From IMG/VR virus record IMGVR_UViG_3300017716_001697, positions 300,577 through 364,576 of that record: DNA of 64,000 bases, one strand, 5' to 3'. Below are positions 46,541 through 57,201 of this stretch, piece by piece; the first letter of the stretch is position 1; each line of letters begins with the position of its first letter. The position numbers and the translations under genes are program-made. The DNA is from a virus. Taxonomy: Duplodnaviria > Caudoviricetes. The notes beneath the pieces were generated by a model. It was not told where the DNA came from and did not search any database. It saw nothing but the letters and a program-made list of their open reading frames with translations.

Positions 46541-48864
46541 CAACAGCAAATTTGAGTTCATTTTATAGCTCAGTGCCCATCGGTGGGGTTATTCCTGTCA
46601 GTAATGCAATGAGTACAGTGGGCAGCAATTTTCTAAAAGCAGATGGTGGCGATATTACTGCTGCATCTTATCCGGCGATTGCGAGTAACTTATTACCAGC
46701 AACGTCTGCAGCCATACGTGGAGTATTTGGAACTTCACAGAACTTTTCGGGTGTCGCATACGGCAATGGCATGTATGTGGCTATACCGTTTATTACGCCG
46801 TTTTCTACAACTAGATATAGCGGCTGGTACGCTACATCCACCGATGGTACCAATTGGGTCCAACAAAATATGCGAAGTTTGCCTGCAATTGTTGGGTATT
46901 ATATGAGCGCCATATCATTTCTTAATGGCAAATTTTATATAGCAGCTCACGGTTATGGTCTTAGCAACTACATATTCTCTTCCACCGACGGTGTTAATTG
47001 GTCTCAGGTTATGGCTACTACGCAATATGCATCGACTAATACCGGTGATCCCAATTATTATATAGTTGATGCGAGAATATGTAGTATTTCGTATGTTAAT
47101 GGTGTTTATTTTGCACCAAGTTGGACATCGGCGGCCCCACTAGGGCAGACATTAGATGGATATTACACCTCTACTGATGGAATAACGTGGACACCACGTG
47201 CCTCGCCAATTGGGTACGGCATTTCTATATCCTATGGCGCAGGTGTATATGTTATGGTAGGCTCAAACGGAGCAACATATTCATCGACTAATTATACTAG
47301 TTGGACTGTTCGGACAAACACTGCCACTGGCAGCGGTGGGTGGGCATGTGTATGTTTTGGTGTAGGTGCATCTGTTAATGGCGGCGCCGGAGCATTTGTG
47401 TCATGCCAGGGGATAACCGGCGCAGGAACATCAATTGGTTACTCAACTGACGGTATCACATGGCAGCAACGAACTGTCCCGAGTGGCAGGTATTACCGTG
47501 TTATCTATGCTAATGGTATATTTATAGCAGTAGGTGAAACAACTGCTGGCGTCGGTGGAAAATGCGTTACATCAACCGACGGCCTTACGTGGACATCACA
47601 AACAATGCCAACCGGGAGTTGGTATGATGTGGCGTATAACGCAGCTGGAGGTTTTGTTGCCGTAGGAAATGGAACAGCAAGAAACTATAGTGCAAAGTCA
47701 ACAGACGGTGTAACATGGACAATGCAGCCATTAAATGATCCGACTAATATTGTAGATTCTTGCTATGGTACTGGTCTAGGATATATGACTGTAACTGCTA
47801 CCGGCATCACATCAACATCAACTGACGGCAATACATGGACTCAACGTACATCTCTTCCGGCAGCACTCAGTGTAACCTGCAACCCGTCAGGGTCGATATA
47901 TGTAGCATGTACTAACAGTAGCGGCGCCATATACTCGACTACAGACGGTATAACATGGACATCTCGGTTTGGTGGAGTTACAAGTGCCGGCTCAACACCA
48001 CGAGTGCGTTGGTGTAACGACAAATTTATTGTTGTAGTTTCATATGGGACACTTACTGCAGGCGGCGGCAGAGTTGCATATTCGTATGATGGTATAACAT
48101 GGACATTCTCGGATGCATCAGTGATTACTGCTGACGGAAGCACCAATCAATTTGGATTACAATATCTTGACGTTGTTTATGGTAACGGAATGTATGTTAT
48201 AGTAGGTGCAGATTCATACAATGCTGCGGGGTATGGTATCAACGGTTTTGACACAAATATGTCAGCATGGTCGAATGATGGTATTGTGTGGAATATGACA
48301 CAAAACATGCCTACTAAATCTATGTGGACTGGCTGTGCATACGGTAATGGTGTATTTGTGGCAGTATCTAAACATGCGAGAAATACAGTAGGAAATGGTG
48401 CAATTTCTTTGTACAATGCAACGTACGGAGGGTACGCCGGTTACAATTATCAAGGTGAAACTACCGGCAGGTTAGGTAGAGAATGCGCAGTGTCTACGAA
48501 TGGAATTGATTGGGTTAGTTCGTTGTTGCCATTTGCTGCTGAATGGTCTTCTGTAACGTTTAATGGCCGTATGTTTATTGCGGTCGCCGCTTATGCTAAG
48601 GATTATGCAGTATCTAAAGATGGTTATAACTGGACAATCAGACCGGGCGCCGTGCAGGGATTTTGGAATAATATATGTGCTGGTCCAAACTATGAAGCCC
48701 TTGCTGTAAGTGGCAGCGGCGCCGTTCCGACTATTACTAGTTCGGCAATCACACCGGTAAACATACCTTCGGTGGCACTGAAGATTACTGAGTCTGCCAC
48801 TCAGGTAACTTTACCTTACATCAGACCGAGCGATGGCATTAATTACGCAGTGAGGGTTAAATAA
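46537..48864 (+). CDS. Beta-propeller protein with many S-x-DG-x-x-W (Asp-box/BNR-like) repeats; putative receptor-binding protein
   Basis: About a dozen STDG.TW-type repeats and recurring YGNG/YANG..VAVG strands; start at ATGA overlap behind GGAG. Confidence 0.65.
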   Translation: MTTANLSSFYSSVPIGGVIPVSNAMSTVGSNFLKADGGDITAASYPAIASNLLPATSAAIRGVFGTSQNFSGVAYGNGMYVAIPFITPFSTTRYSGWYATSTDGTNWVQQNMRSLPAIVGYYMSAISFLNGKFYIAAHGYGLSNYIFSSTDGVNWSQVMATTQYASTNTGDPNYYIVDARICSISYVNGVYFAPSWTSAAPLGQTLDGYYTSTDGITWTPRASPIGYGISISYGAGVYVMVGSNGATYSSTNYTSWTVRTNTATGSGGWACVCFGVGASVNGGAGAFVSCQGITGAGTSIGYSTDGITWQQRTVPSGRYYRVIYANGIFIAVGETTAGVGGKCVTSTDGLTWTSQTMPTGSWYDVAYNAAGGFVAVGNGTARNYSAKSTDGVTWTMQPLNDPTNIVDSCYGTGLGYMTVTATGITSTSTDGNTWTQRTSLPAALSVTCNPSGSIYVACTNSSGAIYSTTDGITWTSRFGGVTSAGSTPRVRWCNDKFIVVVSYGTLTAGGGRVAYSYDGITWTFSDASVITADGSTNQFGLQYLDVVYGNGMYVIVGADSYNAAGYGINGFDTNMSAWSNDGIVWNMTQNMPTKSMWTGCAYGNGVFVAVSKHARNTVGNGAISLYNATYGGYAGYNYQGETTGRLGRECAVSTNGIDWVSSLLPFAAEWSSVTFNGRMFIAVAAYAKDYAVSKDGYNWTIRPGAVQGFWNNICAGPNYEALAVSGSGAVPTITSSAITPVNIPSVALKITESATQVTLPYIRPSDGINYAVRVK

Positions 48865-49316
48865 TGAAATACGCAATTATTAAAGACGAAGAAGTATCTA
48901 ACTTAGTTTTTTCTGAAGTAGAAACACCTGATAGCGAGTGGGTAGTATGTGCAGACGAAGTTGAATTAGGGTGGGGATATGTGGGAGGCGTGTTTATTGC
49001 ACCCGTGGTACCACCACCTCCACCTCCACCTCCAAATACTACAGAATGGTTTATTGACTTAGGTCCATTTTATGATCGCTTCGGTAGTGTAAAGATGGCA
49101 ATTCTTACAAGTCAGGATGTTGGAGTAAAGGCTGTAATAGCTGATTTAAATATTCGTGCATGGGTCAACCTTAAGGCTTCTGCGGTTAATGACGGTCTTA
49201 TCTATATACATTATATTATTCCTGAATTAACAACAGAGCTTATCAACACAATTCTGACGACCCCAGTTGATCCTGCTGACAATCTAGCCTTGCGCAGAGC
49301 GTTTTTTTACATCTAA
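48864..49316 (+). CDS. Putative fibre-assembly chaperone (150 aa)
   Basis: MKYAIIKDEEVSNLV...VELGWGYVGGVFIAP and poly-Pro linker, typical of Tfa-like genes after fibres. Confidence 0.55.
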   Translation: MKYAIIKDEEVSNLVFSEVETPDSEWVVCADEVELGWGYVGGVFIAPVVPPPPPPPPNTTEWFIDLGPFYDRFGSVKMAILTSQDVGVKAVIADLNIRAWVNLKASAVNDGLIYIHYIIPELTTELINTILTTPVDPADNLALRRAFFYI

Positions 49317-49436
49317 TGTCACATCGGTGATATGTATGAATATATGCTGTTGTCATAATATTGTGTTGGAAGATAAATATACGAAGTCAATGACTGATAA
49401 TATATCAGACGGGGTTATACCCGAACAGGAGCGTGA

Positions 49437-50621
49437 ATGTCTATAGTAATAAATGCCAAAGGAACAAGTGTACCATTCTTCAGGATCGGTAAGACTGGCA
49501 TTACACTGTATCAGGGCCCTGTAGATCCGAGCCTTACGTATACTCCTATCAATAGTGATGTATGGATTAACACTTCTACAAACGCATTAGAGATGTGGTC
49601 AGCGGCCGACACCGCATGGCGCGCACCGAGATTGGCAGATTTGCATTTCAGTGGTAGCGCATTGGTCGCAGGCCCCACTGCCGACTTAACATTACGAACT
49701 GATGCCGGCAACAGTGTCATATTAGATGCTGCGGCAGCGGCGGCCCGCCTTACAGCAATTGTTGGTAAAGATCTTCATATTAATGAATCCATTGGTGGCT
49801 CTTTGTATCTAAATACGAACAAATGGCCACCAATAGACGGTAGCGTGAATCAAGCATTGACAACAAACGGTGCCGGTGTATTATCCTGGTCGCCTATAGG
49901 GACGGTTACATCAGTTGGATTGGTTGATATATCGACTACTTCAATATTCTCTATTACTAATTCACCGGTTACTACATCAGGGTCTTTAACAGTTTTATTG
50001 AGCGATCAGCTTGCTAATACAGCATTTTTAGCACCGACTGCTACAACAGGTCAACCGACATTTAGACAGTTAGAATATGTCGACCTACCTGTTAAATTAT
50101 ACGTCGAAAATCCTGTAGCGCCTGTAGCGCCTATTGCTACAGGTACTAATTCGTCAGCATTCGGGGCGTCTGCAAAGGCAGTATTATATGGGTCCAAAGC
50201 ATACGCCAATGGGCAATTTTCTAACCCGGGTGACTCTCAGCACGGTGTATATATTTTACGAAATAGCACAACAAACTCTACCCCAACTCCTCTGTTCCTC
50301 GACGGCTCTAGTGAACAGTTGGTAATGCCGTTTAATTCAGTTGTCAGTTTTTCAATTGTAGTGGCAGCAAGGCAGGTAGATGTACCCACTGGTGGCGCCG
50401 GCTATAAATTCGACGGAGTGATTAAGAAGGATGGCACACATGCATCTTTATCATTCATTGGTGTCCCATCAAAAACTATATTAGGTGAAACTGATATAGC
50501 ATGGGACATCACACTAGCATCTAACACATCTACAGGAGCAATAGAAGTAATTGCTGTAGGTGAAAATACTAAAACGATACGGTGGACAGCAACAGTGCTT
50601 ACAACTGAAGTATCGAACTAA
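49437..50621 (+). CDS. Fibre or appendage protein (394 aa)
   Basis: GATAAATA box at 49372; N-terminus paralogous to 45635, C-terminal domain paralogous to 50639. Confidence 0.65.
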   Translation: MSIVINAKGTSVPFFRIGKTGITLYQGPVDPSLTYTPINSDVWINTSTNALEMWSAADTAWRAPRLADLHFSGSALVAGPTADLTLRTDAGNSVILDAAAAAARLTAIVGKDLHINESIGGSLYLNTNKWPPIDGSVNQALTTNGAGVLSWSPIGTVTSVGLVDISTTSIFSITNSPVTTSGSLTVLLSDQLANTAFLAPTATTGQPTFRQLEYVDLPVKLYVENPVAPVAPIATGTNSSAFGASAKAVLYGSKAYANGQFSNPGDSQHGVYILRNSTTNSTPTPLFLDGSSEQLVMPFNSVVSFSIVVAARQVDVPTGGAGYKFDGVIKKDGTHASLSFIGVPSKTILGETDIAWDITLASNTSTGAIEVIAVGENTKTIRWTATVLTTEVSN

Positions 50622-50638
50622 ATCAAGGAGATAATAAA

Positions 50639-53227
50639 ATGGATTTTGATTTTTCAACCGAGACGATTACACCGGATACGACAGCACTGTTGACAATTGG
50701 TGGCACAGGCGCATTAGAAGTGCCATCTGGAACTACTGCAAACAGACCATCCGGCCCTGCCAATGGCGGCCTGCGTTACAACTCTGATATTAACAATATT
50801 GAGGGTTTTGTAAACAGTTCATGGACAACAATTGCAACTGGCACCACAACACTAACACTAACTGGTGATGTGACAGGCACCGGCGCAGGATCCATCACAA
50901 CATCGCTTGCCACAGTGAATGCCAGCGTCGGTACCTTTGCTGTACAGACGGTTAACGCTAAAGGTTTAGTGACCGCAGCTACTAATTTAACCGGAGATGC
51001 TACATCGTCCGGTTCCGCGTTAACACTTGCTACAGTGAATGCTAGCATTGGCACATTTACATCAGTCACAGTGAATGCTAAAGGGTTGGTAACAGCAGCT
51101 ACAGATATGACAGCATCCGGCGACGCCACTGGATCGGCCTCCGGGTCAGTGCTGGCATTAACTCTTGCGACAGTAAACGCATCACCGCAGACAGATACAT
51201 TCCGTAAAATTACTGTTAATGGTAAAGGACTTGTTACTGCAACTAGTACAGTTTCATCAGGTGATATTACTACAGCGTTAGGATACACACCAGTCAACAA
51301 AGTCGGCGATACAATGACTGGTAATTTAATTATGTCTGGCGCAACAGTTACTGGTTTACCGACGCCAGTTAACGCATCTGATGCTACTCCTAAGGGATAT
51401 GTTGACAGTGCAGTCCAGGGTCTATCGTGGAAACAATCAGTTAAGGGTGCTACTGTTGCATCACTTACTGCTACGTATTCGAACGGTACGGCAGGCGTCG
51501 GGGCAACATTAACTGGTACGGGTGCTATGCCTGTGATAGACGACGTGACATACGCGGTAACCGATCGTATTCTTGTTAAAAATCAGTCAACTACTTTCCA
51601 GAATGGTATTTATGTTGTTACTGCTATTGCTACAAACTGGGTATTGACTCGAGCAGTTGATAATGATCTTCCTACAGAAGTAGACGGATCTGCTGTATAT
51701 GTGAACACAGGCACAGCAAATGCCGAAACAGGTTGGACAGAAACTGCTACTGTTGCTACAATTGGTACAGACCCGGTTGTATGGGCTCAGTTCTCTGGAT
51801 CTGGTGCATATGCAGCTGGTACAGGATTAACGTTAACTGGTAACACATTTTCACTAACATCACCTGTTACTACTACATTAGGCGGTACAGGATTATCATC
51901 AATTGGTACAGCAAATCAGATCTTAGGTGTTAATGCAGGCGCAACAGGTTTGGAATACAAGTCTGTGGCTGCTGGTACAGCAATCAGCGTTACACCTTCT
52001 GCTGGTACATTAACTATTGCAAACACTGGTGTCACATCTAATGTTGCAGGTACGGGTATTGGCGTTTCTGGTGCAACAGGTGCAGTAACAATTACCAACA
52101 CTGGTGTAACAAGCGCAGTAGCAGGTACGGGTATTGGCGTTTCTGGTGCAACAGGTGCCGTAACATTTTCTAATACAGGCGTTACATCTATAACCGGTAC
52201 AGCGAATCAAATTACTGCATCTTCATCAACAGGTGGAGTTACCTTAAGCTTACCAGGTAGCGTAACACTTACAACTGGTTTAACAATTTCTGCATTGACT
52301 GCTAACAGTTTCTTATACTCTGGTACAGCAGGATTGTTGACAACAACCACAGCACCTACAGACGGACAACTGTTAATCGGCAGTACCGGTGCTGCACCAG
52401 TGGCAGCAGCTTTAACAGCTGGGACAGGTATCAGTGTTACAAATGGTGCAGGCTCCATATCGATTGCAAATACTGGTGTAACATCTGTTGGATTGGCATT
52501 GCCGTCTATATTTACAGTTTCAGGTTCTCCTGTTACAACTACCGGCACACTAACTGGTACGTTAGCATCACAAACTGCTAATACGGTATTTGTTGCGCCG
52601 AATGGTTCTGCAGGTGCACCAACATTCCGCGCATTAGCTTATGCTGACTTACCGTTGAGTTTGTACGTCGAAAATCCATCTACACCTACTGCCCCTACAG
52701 CAGCAGGCGCTAATGCAATTGCATTTGGTAGCGGCACACAGGCAACAGCAGTTTCGTCTGAAGCACACGGCTTGCAATCCATTGCTCGTGTTTATGGAGA
52801 GGTAGCAACTTCATCGGGCAATTTCGCAACAATCGGCGATGCACAACACGGCGAATATAACATGCGTATTATTACATCTAATAATACAGTGACTGAAGCA
52901 TTCTTAGATGGTGCCGCGGCCCGCTTAGTATTGCCTAACAACTCATCGTATATGTTCGTTGCCGATATTGTTTGCCGTAGAACCGATGCAACAGGTACAG
53001 CAGGTGCATGGACAGTATCTGGATTAATTTCTAGAGATGCTAGTGCAGCTACAACAGCAATTATTGGTGCAGTTTCTAAGACTACAATTGCTAAGTCACC
53101 AGCATCGTTGAATGTTGCGCTTACAGCAGATACAACAAATGGTTCATTGAAAGTAGACGTAACTGGTGTTTCGGCACAGACAATACGTTGGTCTATCTAC
53201 ATCAGAACTCAAGAAGTGACTAATTAA
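50639..53227 (+). CDS. Long fibre protein (862 aa)
   Basis: GTTANRP motif, three TVNAKGLVTA repeats, RILVKNQ...QNGIYVVT domain, NTGVTS..AGTGI repeats. Confidence 0.75.
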   Translation: MDFDFSTETITPDTTALLTIGGTGALEVPSGTTANRPSGPANGGLRYNSDINNIEGFVNSSWTTIATGTTTLTLTGDVTGTGAGSITTSLATVNASVGTFAVQTVNAKGLVTAATNLTGDATSSGSALTLATVNASIGTFTSVTVNAKGLVTAATDMTASGDATGSASGSVLALTLATVNASPQTDTFRKITVNGKGLVTATSTVSSGDITTALGYTPVNKVGDTMTGNLIMSGATVTGLPTPVNASDATPKGYVDSAVQGLSWKQSVKGATVASLTATYSNGTAGVGATLTGTGAMPVIDDVTYAVTDRILVKNQSTTFQNGIYVVTAIATNWVLTRAVDNDLPTEVDGSAVYVNTGTANAETGWTETATVATIGTDPVVWAQFSGSGAYAAGTGLTLTGNTFSLTSPVTTTLGGTGLSSIGTANQILGVNAGATGLEYKSVAAGTAISVTPSAGTLTIANTGVTSNVAGTGIGVSGATGAVTITNTGVTSAVAGTGIGVSGATGAVTFSNTGVTSITGTANQITASSSTGGVTLSLPGSVTLTTGLTISALTANSFLYSGTAGLLTTTTAPTDGQLLIGSTGAAPVAAALTAGTGISVTNGAGSISIANTGVTSVGLALPSIFTVSGSPVTTTGTLTGTLASQTANTVFVAPNGSAGAPTFRALAYADLPLSLYVENPSTPTAPTAAGANAIAFGSGTQATAVSSEAHGLQSIARVYGEVATSSGNFATIGDAQHGEYNMRIITSNNTVTEAFLDGAAARLVLPNNSSYMFVADIVCRRTDATGTAGAWTVSGLISRDASAATTAIIGAVSKTTIAKSPASLNVALTADTTNGSLKVDVTGVSAQTIRWSIYIRTQEVTN
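52046..52158 (+). repeat. 38-nt exact direct repeat with 75-nt period inside the fibre gene
   Basis: GCAGGTACGGGTATTGGCGTTTCTGGTGCAACAGGTGC at 52046 and 52121. Confidence 0.85.
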
Positions 53228-53269
53228 TAGCTAGCTAAATAACACGCTACTAATTATCAAAGGATCCAC

Positions 53270-54646
53270 ATGGATTTAGACTTTCTGACAGAGACGATTA
53301 CCCCTAATTTATCAACATTGTTGAATATTGGGGGTACCGGTGCCTTACAAGTTTCATCAGGTACAACTGCCCAACGACCGGTAACTGGTATTGCTAACGG
53401 TGCTATTAGATATAACACAACATCGAACACTTTAGAAGGCTATGTGAATAGTGGATGGGTTTCGTTAGTTGGCGGAACTGGTACAGTGACATCTGTCGCG
53501 TTGTCACTACCGTCGATTTTTAGTGTATCGGGTTCCCCGGTTACTACAACGGGTACCTTAAGTGCCACATTAGCTACACAGGCAATTAATACAGTTCTTG
53601 CAGGTCCTACATTCGGGTCACCTGCAACACCTGCATTTAGAACTATAGGGTTAGCAACAAACGACATAAATGATGTTACGATAACCACGGCAGCATCAGG
53701 TCAGGTGCTGACATACAATGGTTCGAGATGGGTTAATACATCGGCTGTAAATTCTGCAGCCACCGCGAATGTTGGTGTAACACCGACATCGGGCGGTACG
53801 ACATGGTCTCTGGTCTCTGGCATAATATACACTGCCACATTTACGCATAATTTGGGTACATCCAATTTAAGCGTTACATGCTATGATATTACTGACAATT
53901 CGGTTATTATTCCGCATTATCTAACTACACCTACTGCAAATACAATTGTCATTCAGGTTATGGGTAATACAAAGACAGTGAAGATAGTTGCAGTGGCAAA
54001 TGGTTTATCGATTGCAGCAGGTGCATCTACTCCGTCATCTGTCATAACACAGGTCAACGGTGTGCAAGTATCAGCAGCAGCTTCTACATTAAATTTCACC
54101 GGGCAGGCAGTTAATGTAACCGCCGCTACGACTACGACTACTATTGCTATAGGATCACGCTTTACCTTCTACGCTAACTCGTTAGATTCGCCTAATACCG
54201 CAGATTTTGCAGTTAACGCCTTCGCACCTGTGACTACTGATCCAACTTATACATCTTTGGTCGTTAGGGCATTCAGTAATACTGTGGAACAAGGTGTCAG
54301 CACATTGGTATCTATACCTACTGGTGCTACAAATATTACATTTAAGATTAGAGGAAGATCACTTACTGCACCCGGCACGACATCCTTTGTCCAACCGAGA
54401 GTATATACACGATTGTTGCCTAATAATTCGGCAGTAGGGGCATGGGCAGCAGGTATAAATTTAACTACTATATCTATTCCGACTAATGCTAATTTTCAAT
54501 ACTATATCGCAACAGTTACGTTGGCTAGCATGGGGATGACAGCCGGCAACTTATATCAACTTGAACTTACTAGGTATAACACAGGTGTTACAAGTAACTT
54601 AGCATATCCGTTTAACATGGCAGAACTGACGTTGGAGATTGCTTAA
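53270..54646 (+). CDS. Fibre protein (458 aa), N-terminus paralogous to 50639
   Basis: MDLDFLTETITP...GTTAQRP; CTAAATA variant late box at 53235-41; AAGGA RBS. Confidence 0.7.
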   Translation: MDLDFLTETITPNLSTLLNIGGTGALQVSSGTTAQRPVTGIANGAIRYNTTSNTLEGYVNSGWVSLVGGTGTVTSVALSLPSIFSVSGSPVTTTGTLSATLATQAINTVLAGPTFGSPATPAFRTIGLATNDINDVTITTAASGQVLTYNGSRWVNTSAVNSAATANVGVTPTSGGTTWSLVSGIIYTATFTHNLGTSNLSVTCYDITDNSVIIPHYLTTPTANTIVIQVMGNTKTVKIVAVANGLSIAAGASTPSSVITQVNGVQVSAAASTLNFTGQAVNVTAATTTTTIAIGSRFTFYANSLDSPNTADFAVNAFAPVTTDPTYTSLVVRAFSNTVEQGVSTLVSIPTGATNITFKIRGRSLTAPGTTSFVQPRVYTRLLPNNSAVGAWAAGINLTTISIPTNANFQYYIATVTLASMGMTAGNLYQLELTRYNTGVTSNLAYPFNMAELTLEIA

Positions 54647-55362
54647 TGGCTATCTTAACTACTGCTACTGATAAGCACCTATATAGTGTTAGTACGAATT
54701 TTACAACGTCAGAAGTACCGTTTTCTATCACTGTGTGGATAAACGCAGTATGGAATAGCGGTGCTACTGTTAGCATGGTAGGTATGTATGATGGTACAAC
54801 AGTTGTGACTCCGACTACAGGATTACAGATAGGTACAACCGCAGGTAACCTTGGTGGATTATCTATATGGGGATACGGCGGCACCACTATGGTTGAAAGT
54901 ACACCGGGTGCTATGACAGCATATAACAACATCTGGGTGAATGTAACATATACATATAATGGTACAACACATATAGCATATGTAAGTGGGGTACAGATTG
55001 CAACAGGTACCACTGCTCAGGTACCGGGGACATTCACCCAGGTTTATATAAATGGTTATCCACCTGCCGGAAATGCCAGCGAGTGTGCAGCATTCGGGGT
55101 AGACATGTATGCATATTTTGACAGAACACTTTCTGCAAATGAGGTATTGACAATATATAATGCGGCAGGTGCCCGTCACGGTATTGTTTATGGAAAACTT
55201 GCTAGATATGAATTTGATGAGTCAGCACAAGGTGCCACGGTAGTCAATGTACCTGATTTGTCAGGCAATGGTAACAATCTATCAGCAATAGGTTCAGGCA
55301 GTGCAATAACATACTCATATACAAACTCATATGCAGATTCTAATATAAGGTCACCACAATAA
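54646..55362 (+). CDS. LamG / concanavalin-A-like lectin protein (238 aa)
   Basis: FSITVWIN, WVNVTYTYNG, FDRTLSANEVLTIYN and YEFDE...DLSGNGN motifs of Laminin_G_3. Confidence 0.8.
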   Translation: MAILTTATDKHLYSVSTNFTTSEVPFSITVWINAVWNSGATVSMVGMYDGTTVVTPTTGLQIGTTAGNLGGLSIWGYGGTTMVESTPGAMTAYNNIWVNVTYTYNGTTHIAYVSGVQIATGTTAQVPGTFTQVYINGYPPAGNASECAAFGVDMYAYFDRTLSANEVLTIYNAAGARHGIVYGKLARYEFDESAQGATVVNVPDLSGNGNNLSAIGSGSAITYSYTNSYADSNIRSPQ

Positions 55363-56015
55363 TGCAAGTTTTAGGCACAGAATCATTCTTATCAACACCG
55401 GATGTAAACGGTACGTTAGTTATGCTAAATGGTGGCGGCAACCCATTGATGTCATCGGGTATAACAGCAGCACGTCCAGCATTTGGTAACACAGGTAACA
55501 TATTTGTTGATACTACTACGAACGATATATATCGGGATACAGGTACTGCCTGGGTATTATTGTCGCAAAGTCATTTATTACAGATGGTTTCCGGTAATAT
55601 AGCTGCCACTACCGGCACAACAACAGTCGCAACAGCATTGAATACTGTTCCCACTATTGCCGGTGGATTTCAAATTTGGACAACATCTTTTACGCCTACA
55701 GTTACTACATCAAGATTGGTCATACAATTTACTGTGACCGCTTCACACGGCACCGCCGCTCGTCCGGTTATTACATCGTGTTTTGCCGGATCAACGAACA
55801 TAGGTTCTGTAGCATCATACATGACTACCGCTAATTTGGCATACCCCATTGTGTATCAATGCGTATATTCTCCTGGTTCTATTACGCCTATCACTATATC
55901 GGCCCGCGCCGGCTCAACTGGTTCAGGGACACTCTCGATAGGACAATATAACGGTACAACTAATACATTGGGCGGCGCAGCAGTAACTGAATATACAATC
56001 ATGGAAATATTATAA
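55362..56015 (+). CDS. Fibre-associated protein (217 aa)
   Basis: TAATG-coupled; GITAARPA...IFVDTTTNDIYRDTGTAW anchor motif; beta-rich C-terminus. Confidence 0.55.
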   Translation: MQVLGTESFLSTPDVNGTLVMLNGGGNPLMSSGITAARPAFGNTGNIFVDTTTNDIYRDTGTAWVLLSQSHLLQMVSGNIAATTGTTTVATALNTVPTIAGGFQIWTTSFTPTVTTSRLVIQFTVTASHGTAARPVITSCFAGSTNIGSVASYMTTANLAYPIVYQCVYSPGSITPITISARAGSTGSGTLSIGQYNGTTNTLGGAAVTEYTIMEIL

Positions 56016-56016
56016 T

Positions 56017-56523
56017 ATGGCAGCAACAATAACATATATGTCAGCAATCGGTGAGGGATTCCCAACCGTGGGATGTCACTGCGAAGGCGACGGGAATATA
56101 TATGAAAATATCGTATGGGATAGTGGCGATGCCATACCGGATAAATCAGTACTTGATACATGGATCACATCGTCGATACAGATGCAAGGTTGGCGATTGA
56201 TACAAGCCGAGCGTGATAGACGCAAGTCAAATGGTGTTAAAGTGGGTACAAATTGGTATCATTCAGACGACACATCTCGTATTCAGCAATTAGCATTAGT
56301 AATGATGGGTGCTAATATGCCGTCAAATATCATGTGGAAGACACTAACCGGTAGTTTTGTATTAATGACACCAACGCTTGCAGGACAGATATTTCAGGCA
56401 ATTGCGGCAGCAGACCAAGCAATCTTTGCACACGCAGAGCAACTAAGGGTTTCACTATCGTCGAACCCAGATCCATTGAACTTTAATCACTTGGCAGGTT
56501 GGCCATTAACATACGGAGAATAA
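56017..56523 (+). CDS. DUF4376-like fibre chaperone (168 aa)
   Basis: IQAERDRR..GVKVGTNWYHSDDTSRIQ...WKTLTGSFVLMT pattern. Confidence 0.7.
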   Translation: MAATITYMSAIGEGFPTVGCHCEGDGNIYENIVWDSGDAIPDKSVLDTWITSSIQMQGWRLIQAERDRRKSNGVKVGTNWYHSDDTSRIQQLALVMMGANMPSNIMWKTLTGSFVLMTPTLAGQIFQAIAAADQAIFAHAEQLRVSLSSNPDPLNFNHLAGWPLTYGE

Positions 56524-56524
56524 C

Positions 56525-57154
56525 ATGAGTATATTTGGCTACATAGTTGATAAAATTTCAACATCCATTGGGAAGATTTATTGGAAATCGGACAAGGTAA
56601 TGACTACAGAAGAATTCGACATAGTACGTAAGAAATTGAAGAAAGACTATTACATTATTTTGACACGACATAATGGTTACCTATCAACATATGCTATTGC
56701 ATTTGCTCACTGGGTATTAACATTAGGCAAGAAAAAGGGATACTATTCTCATGCCTTAATGAATTTAGAAGATACTGTTAAACAAGATGCAGATTACCGA
56801 TTTATAGAGGCAACCGGTAAAGGTGTACATTATTCAGATTTTACTGATGCATTCAACAGTCAAACAAGCTCTGTAGCACTTCTTAAACCGAAGTGTATGA
56901 CACTTGCTAAGTGGACTAAAGTAATGGATAGAGCTAAGACTGAATTAGGTAAGCCATACGATACTCTGTTTGATCTATCTAATGATCAGTCACTGAGCTG
57001 TGTAGAATTAGTAAGAGTGGCATTACAGGATCTGCCCGATTATGCTACTGATTTTGCTAATTTTGAAGCAATGATTAAGAAGTATAAGAATTTAGACCCA
57101 CAGATGTTCTTTGAATGCGAAGACTTCGAAATAGTGTGGGAAACAAGGCATTAA
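56525..57154 (+). CDS. Permuted papain-like (YiiX/YaeF, NlpC/P60 superfamily) hydrolase (209 aa)
   Basis: YSHAL His motif, IEATGKGV, GKPYDTLFDL and LSCVELV Cys motif, with His preceding Cys. Confidence 0.75.
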   Translation: MSIFGYIVDKISTSIGKIYWKSDKVMTTEEFDIVRKKLKKDYYIILTRHNGYLSTYAIAFAHWVLTLGKKKGYYSHALMNLEDTVKQDADYRFIEATGKGVHYSDFTDAFNSQTSSVALLKPKCMTLAKWTKVMDRAKTELGKPYDTLFDLSNDQSLSCVELVRVALQDLPDYATDFANFEAMIKKYKNLDPQMFFECEDFEIVWETRH

Positions 57155-57201
57155 GAAAATTTTGGATAAATAACAGCAACAAACTTAACTGGAGACATAA
57201 C

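Noticed and set aside
57115-57201. Track N-terminal extensions (also 23728-23757, 25741-25761, 42834-42863, 46525-46536)
   Set aside because: They overlap upstream genes or promoters; downstream ATGs have better RBS or coupling.
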